From NCBI GenBank assembly GCA_038801785.1, contig JAULTD010000001.1:41069-105068 (forward strand): a stretch of DNA of 64,000 nucleotides, in the 5' to 3' direction. Source of the stretch: Candidatus Methanomethylicaceae archaeon GD_Cm_T35_P0_bin.15 (GTDB lineage Archaea; Thermoproteota; Methanomethylicia; Methanomethylicales; Methanomethylicaceae). Positions 35,462 through 44,057 of the stretch are shown here, in pieces; positions within the stretch are counted from its first letter, which is position 1; every line of letters starts with the position of its first letter. The position numbers and the translations under genes were made by a program. The notes under the pieces are model-generated. The model did no database searches. It worked only from the letters and a program-made list of their open reading frames with translations, and was not told where the DNA came from.

Positions 35462-35884
35462 ATGTCTGAGACTAAAAAAGTTGAAGAACTGAATCCTGGC
35501 TCTAGAAGCGTCGATCTTTTAGTAAAAGTTCAGGAGATCGGTGCTCCAAGAGATGTTTCCACAAAAGACGGTGCGTCGCACAGGGTTGCCGAAGCGGTCG
35601 TCGGAGACGAGACGGGTACGGTACTGCTGAGCCTTTGGGACAACGATATCGAGAGGGTCAAGCCCAACCAGACGTATTTCATAAAGAACGGCTATGTCAC
35701 CCTCTTCCGAGGTAACATGAGGCTGAACATCGGCAAATACGGTACGCTCGAAGAGTCGGCTGAGCAGATAACACAGGTCAACACTGAGAACAATATCTCC
35801 GCCCGGTCCTATGACCAGCACATCCCAAAATTCAGACCACTCTACCAAGATGATGACAGGCGGTTCGGGCGTAGGCGAAGGTAG
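35462..35884 (+). CDS. Single OB-fold nucleic-acid-binding protein (SSB/RPA-like) with basic tail
   Basis: VDLLVKVQEIG ... VAEAVVGDETGTVLLSLWDNDIERVKPNQTYFIKNGYVTLFRGNMRLNIGKYG is the typical OB pattern. C-terminal RRFGRRRR. Confidence 0.7.
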   Translation: MSETKKVEELNPGSRSVDLLVKVQEIGAPRDVSTKDGASHRVAEAVVGDETGTVLLSLWDNDIERVKPNQTYFIKNGYVTLFRGNMRLNIGKYGTLEESAEQITQVNTENNISARSYDQHIPKFRPLYQDDDRRFGRRRR

Positions 35885-36018
35885 CCAGTACACCTGCCAG
35901 GGCATGCGCCCACCTCACCCTTTTAGCCGCGTTTTTAATTCTTCTCACGCAACCCAAGCAGATATAACGGCAGCCGTTACGCTACCTACTCGTAATCGTA
36001 AGAGCGGAGGCAGGTACT

Positions 36019-36405
36019 ATGCCGATAGCGTACGTCCCGGCCGATGACGTCAAGGAGCTGGTCGCAGAGATAGTGGAACGCCTCTCCCTGAGCCACATCG
36101 ACCCCGGCAGGGTCGTCTGCTTCAGGAGCAGGGGTTCGAGGTCTAAGAGGTGCGTGGCCAGATGTTACTCCCTCTTGAAGATATGGCAGAGGGCGCTCGG
36201 CCTTCCGGCCCATTATGTAATAGAGGTAATCTCTGAAAGGTTCGACCGCCTATCAGATGAAGACCGGGTGAAGGTAGTGATCCATGAGCTCCTGCATATA
36301 CCTCGGAGCTTTGGGGGCGGGCTGAGGCCTCACAGGGGTTATGTGACGCAGAGGAGGGTGAATGATTACTACAGGAGGTTTGCGGATTCGAGGAGGCGGG
36401 GGTGA
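36019..36405 (+). CDS. Predicted small zinc metallopeptidase (HExxH; SprT/WLM-like archaeal family)
   Basis: VKVVIHELLHIPRSFGGGLRPH (HExxH plus a downstream His). 128 aa with a basic C-terminus. Confidence 0.6.
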   Translation: MPIAYVPADDVKELVAEIVERLSLSHIDPGRVVCFRSRGSRSKRCVARCYSLLKIWQRALGLPAHYVIEVISERFDRLSDEDRVKVVIHELLHIPRSFGGGLRPHRGYVTQRRVNDYYRRFADSRRRG

Positions 36406-36457
36406 CGGCCGTAAATCCGCCGCCCCTCCGGCCCTATCATTCATTGCCGGCCCTACT

Positions 36458-38371
36458 TTACTTTATAAGCAGGAACGACGCCAAGCTTATGGCCAAGGCT
36501 ATAGCGGCGTGGTGTGTTGCATAGACGCTCATATCGACGATCTTGGCGATGAGGATTCCGACGACGAAGGCGGTCAGAACGACGACCAGCAGGCTGGTCC
36601 CGGAGATCAGGGCCAGGGTCGAGGCCGAAGGCAGGATTGAGACGTTCGCCGGAACGCCGGTCAGCATATTCGATGATGGGAGGAGCATATTGACCATGAA
36701 GACCATAATCGCTGAGAGAAATGCCGGCGTGGCATAACCCAAGAAGGTGTAGGACCGGGTCGTGTTCTTGGCCTTGTTCTTTTCGATCACGACGCCGTTC
36801 ACAAAGCCGGTCAGGCTCTCCAGAACTTCAGGGGTTCCCCCGCCAGTATCAACGATCTCGCTCAGTATGAAGAAGACGTACCTGCAGAGCCAGCTCCTGA
36901 CCGTCATCATCTCGGATACCCTCTTCAGGGGGAGGTTCATCTCAAGATGCTCCGAGACCCTCTTCAGGAATAGGTCAAAGGTCTTGTTGTACTTCCTCTG
37001 CTTCGGGAGCTTTATCAGAGTCTGGTTAATATCATAACCGATCTTCATCATCTCAGTCAGGTCTCTGAGGAAGAGGGGGAGGGCCTTCTCGACCTTCGCT
37101 ACCTCTCCATGCTCCTTTATGTACTCTGCGCTGATCATTACACAAAAGATGAGCAGCGTCGAGGTGAGCCATACAACCTTATCAGCCAAGACAAACCATG
37201 TGACCAGCCCGAAGGCTGCCGCTGCGCCCGAAACAATAAGCACTACCCGGTTTATGTTGTAGGAGTCATAAAACCTCGGCTGGGAGACATGGATCCCCAA
37301 TATCAGGACTGTCCCAAGTAGCGGGAGGACAGCGTAGGCATAAACCTGCATGAGGACAAGACTGTAGTTGCTGGCGAAGGCAATCGCCATGGCGATAAGG
37401 AGCGATGGGAACATCAGGAAGATCGCGAGCGACATCTCTCCGAGCGTACCCGCAGAGTCGGCGTACTTCTTCCACTTGTCCACTATCGATCTCAGCCCGT
37501 CGCTGACCTTGGAGTTGAGGTAGACGATCAGGTCGCCGCCGCTCCGCAGGACAGAGGTATACCCGAGGACTATCGTCTTGAAGTTCTCGTCCGGGTGGCT
37601 GCCGGCAACGTTCTCAAGGGCGAGGAGCGGGTTGTGGGAGAAGTAGAGGTAGTCCCGCTTGACTACGAGCGCCTCCCTCTTGATCTTCGGCAGTATCATC
37701 CACTCCGTGAGCCGGTCGAGCGAGGCGTAGAGGGAGAGCCCCGCAACCTGGAGCGAGGCGGCGTAGACGAGGAAGAACGGTAGTTCGTTCCCCACGTCGC
37801 TCTTCCTGTTGGAGATCTTTATTTTGACCTCCAGCATAGGAAGGACCAGCAGGATCAGGGGGGAGAAGACGAGGATGAGCGCCAGGGGGTTCCGCAGCAG
37901 GACGAGGAGGACCACTCCCGAAGGAAGCGCCGCGGTGAGGACGAGGAGGAAGATCGCCGCGTAGAACCTCGAGTATGTGGCGGGGTGGAGGTAGACCATT
38001 GCCCGGGGGATCTCATCCTTCATCATACCCTCGGTCAACCTCGAGATGTACGCTACAAGCGGGTACTCGGAGAGGGGGGTGGTCAGCGCCTTCTCCTTCT
38101 TCCTGCTCTTCCCTTTGCCCCCCTGCCCCTCTCCCTTTCCTGCCTTCTGGCTCTTCCTCTTCCAGGTGATCGAGATGGTGGGCCGTGAGACCTTGCCTAC
38201 CCCTTCCAAGAATGCCAGCGCGATGGATGCCGCCATTATGACGATCCCCAGCGCTGTGATCATCAGGGCGTATACCGTGCTGCCGGTCACAAATGCTACG
38301 ACCAGCGCCCCCAATACAGTGGCGCAGGATACTACGGCGAGTATGATCGGCAGGCTCTTGAGCTCAACCAC
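36458..38371 (-). CDS. Type IV pilus/archaellum-type membrane platform protein (TadC/ArlJ-like)
   Basis: Polytopic protein with two T2SS-F-like cytoplasmic regions. Overlaps the upstream secretion ATPase gene by 8 nt. Carries a Lys/Gly-rich insert KRKSQKAGKGEGQGGKGKSRKKEK. Confidence 0.8.
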   Translation of the reverse strand: MVELKSLPIILAVVSCATVLGALVVAFVTGSTVYALMITALGIVIMAASIALAFLEGVGKVSRPTISITWKRKSQKAGKGEGQGGKGKSRKKEKALTTPLSEYPLVAYISRLTEGMMKDEIPRAMVYLHPATYSRFYAAIFLLVLTAALPSGVVLLVLLRNPLALILVFSPLILLVLPMLEVKIKISNRKSDVGNELPFFLVYAASLQVAGLSLYASLDRLTEWMILPKIKREALVVKRDYLYFSHNPLLALENVAGSHPDENFKTIVLGYTSVLRSGGDLIVYLNSKVSDGLRSIVDKWKKYADSAGTLGEMSLAIFLMFPSLLIAMAIAFASNYSLVLMQVYAYAVLPLLGTVLILGIHVSQPRFYDSYNINRVVLIVSGAAAAFGLVTWFVLADKVVWLTSTLLIFCVMISAEYIKEHGEVAKVEKALPLFLRDLTEMMKIGYDINQTLIKLPKQRKYNKTFDLFLKRVSEHLEMNLPLKRVSEMMTVRSWLCRYVFFILSEIVDTGGGTPEVLESLTGFVNGVVIEKNKAKNTTRSYTFLGYATPAFLSAIMVFMVNMLLPSSNMLTGVPANVSILPSASTLALISGTSLLVVVLTAFVVGILIAKIVDMSVYATHHAAIALAISLASFLLIK

Positions 38372-40031
38372 TCCGGTTCACCGTGCCCGCGTAGTACTTC
38401 TTGAGCTCGGCGGCGACCAGCTGGTACTCAAGGATCCCTCTCGACGTGAGATCGTCGATGAAATACGTCCGGCGCAGGAGCTCTGCGGTCACCTCGTCTT
38501 TCGTGAGGCCGAGCATCGCCCTCACCTTCTCCAGCTTCTTGCTCTTCTCTACCACCTCAGAGGGGTTGTCGGGGTAGTGCCGGTCTTTCTCGACGTTCCA
38601 GTGGAAGACCTCGTTGCTAAGCACGTTCTCCCCGCTCAGGCCGTATATCTCGTCGACCTCAACGACCCGCCTCACGGGCTTCTTTCCTGGTATCTTGATC
38701 ATCCTGGTGATAGCGATATTGCTGATGAGCGGGAGAAATGAGGGGGAGGCGTTGATCGGAGGGGTGGTCAGCCTCATCACCACCGAGTCTACAGAGTCCC
38801 CGTGGAAGGTACATCCGCCTCCGTGACCCGTCGCCAGCGCCTGGATGAAGACATACGCCTCTTCGCCCCTGATCTCGCCTACCACGATAAACTGTGCCCT
38901 CTCCCTGAGCGAGAGTTTCACCAGATCGTACAGCCTTATCTCGGTCTTGGTCTCGGATATGGAGTAGGTGTGCCTGGCTACGAGCGGCTTCCAGCCCTCA
39001 TGTGGGAGCCTCAGCTCGGGAGTGTCCTCGATCGTCACTATCTTCCAATGGGGAGGGAGGAGGGAGGCCAGCGCGTTGAGGAGCGTGGTCTTGCCGCTGG
39101 CCATCTCCCCCACCACGAACGTCGACCCCCTGTTCTCAAGGAGGAGCCACCAGTAGGCAGCCATCAGGGAGGAGAGGCTCCCGTACTTTACCAGGTGGCA
39201 GAGGGTGAGCGGGTCCATCCTGAACTTCCTTATGGTGAGGCTCGAGCCGAACGGGGTGACCTCCTTAGAGAAGGTGAGGGCACACCTGTGCTTCTCGGGG
39301 AGGGACCCCTCGCTGATCGGGAAAGCGGTGGAGATGTGCCTCTTGGACTTGTGGGCGAAGAGCATGATCATCGACTCGATCTTATCCTCCTCCTTGAACT
39401 TGATGTTCGTCGAGAGCCAGTCGAAGTGCGAGTAATCCCGCTGGAACACCCAGACCGGTTTATCCACCCCCGAGAGGGAGATGTCCTCGATCCGGCCGTC
39501 GTTTATCAGGACGTCGAAGAGCCCGTATCCTAAGACGTCCCTGAGGATGTAGTACTTTACCCTGGCGATCCCACCGTCGTCGAGAGAGAGCTTCAGCTCC
39601 TTCACCGCATGGAGGAGGCGCTCTTCGATGATCTTTGCGGGGTCTGCCTCGGCAGTTGGTTTCAGCGTATAGTAGATGGCGTTCATGAGGAGGTCGTAGT
39701 GCAGAAGGTCCGACTCGTCCATGGGGGGCTCGGTGATCCAGTAATAGCCGTCGCCCGAATGCTCGTAGATCCCTACCTTTGCATCGCCCACGGCATACTC
39801 TTCTAAGAGCTTGGCGCCCTCCGGGAGCCTCATCTCGTCCGCTCTTAAGAGGTCAAAGTGTTTACCCAAGTATTTTTTCTCGATGCTCTTGCTCACGGTC
39901 TTGCTGAGTTTGATGCGATAGCCACCACTATCCGCAGCGTTACCGTTACTGTTGCTGTTGCTGTCACTTACTCTGCCGCCGTTGCTTTGCACTTCGCCTT
40001 TGCCTCCGTTATCACCTGCGCTCAAGTTCAT
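38364..40031 (-). CDS. Type II/IV secretion-family ATPase (PilB/ArlI-like) of the second filament locus
   Basis: Walker A VVGEMASGKTTLLNAL, FIVVGEIRGEEA and GHGGGCTFHG. Low-complexity N-terminus SNSNSNGN. Confidence 0.9.
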   Translation of the reverse strand: MNLSAGDNGGKGEVQSNGGRVSDSNSNSNGNAADSGGYRIKLSKTVSKSIEKKYLGKHFDLLRADEMRLPEGAKLLEEYAVGDAKVGIYEHSGDGYYWITEPPMDESDLLHYDLLMNAIYYTLKPTAEADPAKIIEERLLHAVKELKLSLDDGGIARVKYYILRDVLGYGLFDVLINDGRIEDISLSGVDKPVWVFQRDYSHFDWLSTNIKFKEEDKIESMIMLFAHKSKRHISTAFPISEGSLPEKHRCALTFSKEVTPFGSSLTIRKFRMDPLTLCHLVKYGSLSSLMAAYWWLLLENRGSTFVVGEMASGKTTLLNALASLLPPHWKIVTIEDTPELRLPHEGWKPLVARHTYSISETKTEIRLYDLVKLSLRERAQFIVVGEIRGEEAYVFIQALATGHGGGCTFHGDSVDSVVMRLTTPPINASPSFLPLISNIAITRMIKIPGKKPVRRVVEVDEIYGLSGENVLSNEVFHWNVEKDRHYPDNPSEVVEKSKKLEKVRAMLGLTKDEVTAELLRRTYFIDDLTSRGILEYQLVAAELKKYYAGTVNRSG

Positions 40032-40187
40032 CAGGTCCCCCCTCCACTACAATGATTGTCAAGCCTGATCCCTGCTGCTCTGCCAAAGATCCCCGGCTGT
40101 GCGATCGGCGCAGATACCAATGGCAGCACCGAGCGACTCTGACCAACTTCGAAAGATGCACGCAGGGCGCTGGGCCCCGCGACCAGT

Positions 40188-40694
40188 TCATGAGTGGTAA
40201 GCCTGACCATCTCTGACCACGACCACGAATGAGTTGCCTCTTGTTGAGATGAAGAGGATAGTTGCATTAACGGACGAGAAATCCAGGTTCGCGTTGCTTA
40301 TGTCGGATGCGTTATAGTTGAGCCGGGACATGCCGGGGTTCAGTAGGATGTTGATCCCGTCCGATGCAGCGAGGATATCAGAAGAGCCGTCATGCTCTAT
40401 GACCATCACCCGGACGAGGTTCAGGGAGACCCCTCCGCAGTTTGTCAAGTTTAGATACAGCGCTCCCCCCTGAAGGCTGTGGGAGAAGACGAGGCCCTCG
40501 TTAGACCGTTCTCTCTCGATATTGTAGAGGTAGTCGGCACTTCTGACGTAGTTGCCAAATTCGTTGGATACCGTCGCGATAAGACCAGTGATTAAAACGA
40601 TCGCGAGGACGAAGAGCAGGGCGCCGAGGACGTTGGTTATGCCTCTCTTCCCGTGGAACTTTATCTTTGCTGGGTGTACCTTCAGACGGGTCAT
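40188..40694 (-). CDS. Prepilin-like protein (class III signal peptide)
   Basis: N-terminus HGKRGITNVLGALLFVLAIVLITGLIATV. Confidence 0.7.
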   Translation of the reverse strand: MTRLKVHPAKIKFHGKRGITNVLGALLFVLAIVLITGLIATVSNEFGNYVRSADYLYNIERERSNEGLVFSHSLQGGALYLNLTNCGGVSLNLVRVMVIEHDGSSDILAASDGINILLNPGMSRLNYNASDISNANLDFSSVNATILFISTRGNSFVVVVRDGQAYHS

Positions 40695-40700
40695 GTCTGA

Positions 40701-41129
40701 TTACTCCGTCCTGAACTGCATGGAGAACACGTTGTTCCTGCCAGTGATGATTGAGACGACGTGGTTAGTTCCGCTCAACGTTTGGTTGACCTGCAGAAAG
40801 GTAACTTCGCCTGAAGGAATGGTCAACGGTGTGACGCTCGTCGTAACGGTGTCTATGACTACTTTGTCTACGGTAGCATTCCGGGCACCATAGTTATATA
40901 CCACAAAGTAGAGCGTGCGGCTGGGCGCGGTGCCGTTCTCGAAAAAGTAGATCATGCCGAGCCTCTCAAAATTCTGGTCGCTGTTGGACCGCAGGATGCC
41001 CGAGAGCAGACCCGCCTCGCCGCTGTAGTACATGTTGAGGCCCTGTATGTAAATTGCCATGCCCGCCAGTGTAACCGCTATCAGTGCGAGCGTGGCTATT
41101 AGCTCAGACAGTCCCCGGCGGCGTTTGAT
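40701..41129 (-). CDS. Prepilin-like protein with a disrupted or non-canonical 5' end
   Basis: The in-frame upstream extension of the listed ORF reads (I)KRRRGLSELIATLALIAVTLAGMAIYIQ, a class III signal peptide. No ATG/GTG/TTG covers it. An out-of-frame ATG overlaps the upstream stop (TGATG). Confidence 0.6.
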   Translation of the reverse strand: MKRRRGLSELIATLALIAVTLAGMAIYIQGLNMYYSGEAGLLSGILRSNSDQNFERLGMIYFFENGTAPSRTLYFVVYNYGARNATVDKVVIDTVTTSVTPLTIPSGEVTFLQVNQTLSGTNHVVSIITGRNNVFSMQFRTE

Positions 41130-41135
41130 GCTGCA

Positions 41136-42290
41136 TCACCTTGTGTTGGTGTAGAGAGCGAGCATCAGCGATATCGCTCCGCTCTGATAGCTGTCGAAGT
41201 TGTTTGTGGGAGCCCCCCAGTGAATGTAATAGCCGCCATCATCCCCCACATAGAAGCTCCTCGCCCCAGCGTGGCTCTGGCCGGGGCTTTTATAGAAAGT
41301 GTACTTCGTCTCGGGGAGCTCCGAGGCTGCCGTGACAATCGCATAATCGAATTTCATTTTCTGCGGCAGGGGGTTCGGTTCGAAACCGGACACTTCCAAG
41401 AAATAGTTCAGGCTCGTTCCGTCATCGTCAGTCAGATCCTGCAGGAACTCTTGCCCGTCTCCCCCGTTTACATTGACTTTATCGCTTCCAAAGAACCATT
41501 GAATACCTTGACCGTTCTCGATCTGGACGGTTGATGTGCCATCGCTGAGCTTTTGGAATGGCATCCCGCCAACGTGCACCCAAGTCCAGCCGTTCTCACT
41601 AACCGTCTCGCCCAGACCGGTTATGAACGATTGGGGGTTGGAGAGTGCCTCGGTCGGAGCCGGGACGGTATTGCCATACGGGTTGACGATTATCAGGCCC
41701 TCCTCGGGGTTGGCGAGGATGGCTGCCCATTCTTCCATGCTGGTTATCGATTGGTACATCAGCCCCAGCTTGGTTGCGGTGTCTATGACGCCGCGCTCGA
41801 CCTCGCTGTAGTTGATAACCGTGGAGCCCATACCGGGCAGGTTAAACAGAATCATCTTCCCGTGGTATGCCTCCACCCCTTTACACACGATCTGTAGTGC
41901 TCCGCCCCTGTCACCCGTCACCTTGATGGTATACGTATCACCTACCGTGAAGGCGCACCCTAGGCTCCCCTCGGCCACCAGTTCGGCCTCGCCTTTAGGC
42001 ACCAAGAGGACGTCCGTGAAAGTCAAGGCAGCGGCCCCGTCCTCGCCTATCACTGAGATGTTCACTACCAGCGGCTCGGGAGAGCTGCTCTTCAGAATGG
42101 CGTTGAAGTAGGAATGCCCGTAGTGCTTGGAGAGGACCATGTCCGTCAGGGCTAGATCGTCTGGGGAAGGGGCCCCGGCAACCGCTGTGATCTCGGTATA
42201 GAATACCCCACAGGCGAATAGCGCTGCCGCTATCATGGCAGCGACGCCTATGATCGTGGATACTCCACCGGATCCTACCTTCCCAGACAC
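41136..42290 (-). CDS. Large (384-aa) prepilin-like protein with C-terminal globular domain
   Basis: N-terminus MSGKVGSGGVSTIIGVAAMIAAALFACGVFY, followed by about 340 aa of unknown domain. Confidence 0.6.
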   Translation of the reverse strand: MSGKVGSGGVSTIIGVAAMIAAALFACGVFYTEITAVAGAPSPDDLALTDMVLSKHYGHSYFNAILKSSSPEPLVVNISVIGEDGAAALTFTDVLLVPKGEAELVAEGSLGCAFTVGDTYTIKVTGDRGGALQIVCKGVEAYHGKMILFNLPGMGSTVINYSEVERGVIDTATKLGLMYQSITSMEEWAAILANPEEGLIIVNPYGNTVPAPTEALSNPQSFITGLGETVSENGWTWVHVGGMPFQKLSDGTSTVQIENGQGIQWFFGSDKVNVNGGDGQEFLQDLTDDDGTSLNYFLEVSGFEPNPLPQKMKFDYAIVTAASELPETKYTFYKSPGQSHAGARSFYVGDDGGYYIHWGAPTNNFDSYQSGAISLMLALYTNTR

Positions 42291-42703
42291 AGCACATTCA
42301 CCCTGTATATACCAGAGGAGTTGTCGCAGAGGTCGACCCGGTATTCGTTGCCTACTAGAAAGCCCGTACAGCTGCTGTTCTCATAGATGAAGCTGACGGT
42401 CGCCCCCGGATTTATCGCGGCTGGGGCAGGGGAGGCCAGGTGCGGCTGGCCGTTCTCATCATACAGTCTGCACTCCAACACGACCGGCGCGCTTCCAGTA
42501 TTCTTTACGTTTACGGAGAGGAGCAGGTAACTCTCCTGTTTCATAAGACTGGATGAGAGAACCGAGACCGAGTAGACCTGCCGGCTCATATGCGAAGAGA
42601 TGGTGGGATACAGCATCATTACCGCGCTGAGTGCGATCGCAGAGAGCACTACAGCTGCGATAATCTGCGATACTCCCCTCTTGGCTACAGGAATGCACCC
42701 CAT
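42275..42703 (-). CDS. Prepilin-like protein (class III signal peptide), first gene of the operon
   Basis: N-terminus MGCIPVAKRGVSQIIAAVVLSAIALSAVMML. Confidence 0.7.
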   Translation of the reverse strand: MGCIPVAKRGVSQIIAAVVLSAIALSAVMMLYPTISSHMSRQVYSVSVLSSSLMKQESYLLLSVNVKNTGSAPVVLECRLYDENGQPHLASPAPAAINPGATVSFIYENSSCTGFLVGNEYRVDLCDNSSGIYRVNVLCLGR

Positions 42704-43038
42704 TTGAATCGATTAGTGTTTCTTTGTTGAACAGATATATAGGTTCTGAAAGCAAAAATTTTTTTAGCGAGAAGGATCGTTGGAAGGCGACCTATCGGCG
42801 CAAAAACGACGGTAGTTTTTCTATTGATAACCGAAAAAGTAAAATTTAGTTGTAATTTTATGCATATAAAATGTTAGTTTATATAATAAACTATTCTGGT
42901 AGATATTTTATATTTTATTTATTCACGTAAATAATTTAAATTTAATAAAGGTTTATATAACCTGTTCATAATTAACCTAAGGAATAACCCCTCCGCTCAT
43001 GCTCATTTGCCCCGACATTAACTGAATCGGGCAGAAAT
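42704..43038 (-). promoter_or_regulatory. About 330-bp extremely AT-rich upstream region of the pilin operon
   Basis: Contains runs such as aaatttagttgtaattttatgcatataaaatgttagtttatataataaac, with multiple TATA-like boxes. Confidence 0.4.
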
Positions 43039-43234
43039 CTAAGAGAGACTGCTTACAAAATAGCATGCCCGGACTGGGAAGCATAGGTTTGTTATATACG
43101 GATAATCGTTTAACTCTCTGACACAAATGATTATAACTGCTAAATATATTAGAATGAATATAGGGTCGAGAATCATGTCAGCAGCCAAGAAGAAAGAATA
43201 CAAGAAGAAAGAGGAGAAAGCAAAGAAGAAATAG

Positions 43235-44053
43235 TCAGACAAAGTTGGGCACGTAGCGTGGCGATCTCCAAAAGTCCTCGTTTTTTATCTCTGTCACTTC
43301 CAAGGGACGGCAGATCCGGCTTACCAGCCCGTTGAGGGTGAACGGCACCCTTGCGAGCCTCGCCTCCCCGTCGGTCACCCAGGCATCGATACCAAAGCCC
43401 TCGTTCATGACCTTCTCCGCCAGCTCCCTCCTCTCTTCGAAGGTCATCACATACCCCGCCTTGTCCCCAACGTAAATGTGGAACCCCCTACCGGAGTAGA
43501 CGAGCGATAGTTTTCTGTAGCCCCTTGAGCCCAACCATGCGTGCAGCCTCACCGTGTGATCGATCGCGGTATTGAAGCAGATATAGCAGAACTTGAACAT
43601 CGATCTTCCCTTCACCCTGTCCTCGAGCGTCCCGCAGTTGGGGCAGTCTATATTCTCGGGGTCTATATCGAACATCAGCTCCTGCCCTTCGACCTCGCTG
43701 CACGATCTGCACCCGTCCCCCCTCCTACCGCAGTCCGCACAGGCGCCAGGGTCTCTGTAGACGTTCCTGTCGTAGTAGATGTCTTCAGGCAGGTACTCAA
43801 GCGCCATAGCTTTCAGTTCTTCGAAGCTAGAGATACCGAAGAAGAGGAGCCTCCCCCGCTTCTCCCTGTACTTGTTCCGGATATACCCCGTCTCGCTCCC
43901 AGGATCGACATGGAAGATCGGCTTCCTGAGCTTCTCGGGCTTTGTCCTGAACCACTCCTCAATCTGCCCAACGTTCAGGCCGCCGTAATACGACTTTCTC
44001 TCAAAGACCTTGGAGGGGCGGTGATTGAGCGGATAGCAGTGGCGCAGCTTCAA
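43235..44053 (-). CDS. Compact AEP-superfamily primase-like protein (PriS-like) with two Cys4 clusters
   Basis: AEP motifs I LMFDIDPEN (DxD), II YSGRGFHIYV and III IDAWVTDGEARLARVPFTLNG. Cys clusters CADCGRRGDGCRSC and CPNCG...CYIC. Confidence 0.6.
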   Translation of the reverse strand: MKLRHCYPLNHRPSKVFERKSYYGGLNVGQIEEWFRTKPEKLRKPIFHVDPGSETGYIRNKYREKRGRLLFFGISSFEELKAMALEYLPEDIYYDRNVYRDPGACADCGRRGDGCRSCSEVEGQELMFDIDPENIDCPNCGTLEDRVKGRSMFKFCYICFNTAIDHTVRLHAWLGSRGYRKLSLVYSGRGFHIYVGDKAGYVMTFEERRELAEKVMNEGFGIDAWVTDGEARLARVPFTLNGLVSRICRPLEVTEIKNEDFWRSPRYVPNFV

Positions 44054-44057
44054 TAAG

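Noticed and set aside
38802-39533. 243-aa plus-strand ORF inside the pilus ATPase gene, and similar ORFs at 38046-38741, 43541-44056, 44286-44882, 55662-56498 and 57227-57781
   Set aside because: All lie opposite or out of frame to genes with strong family motifs. Their translations are G+C-driven (R/P/G/E/L-rich) with no domains.
43039-43242. 67-aa TTG-initiated ORF and 19-aa Lys-rich mini-ORF (43175-43234) in the AT-rich spacer
   Set aside because: Composition-driven Phe/Ser versus Lys/Glu translations of the same A/T- and purine-biased DNA on opposite strands. There is no supporting signal.
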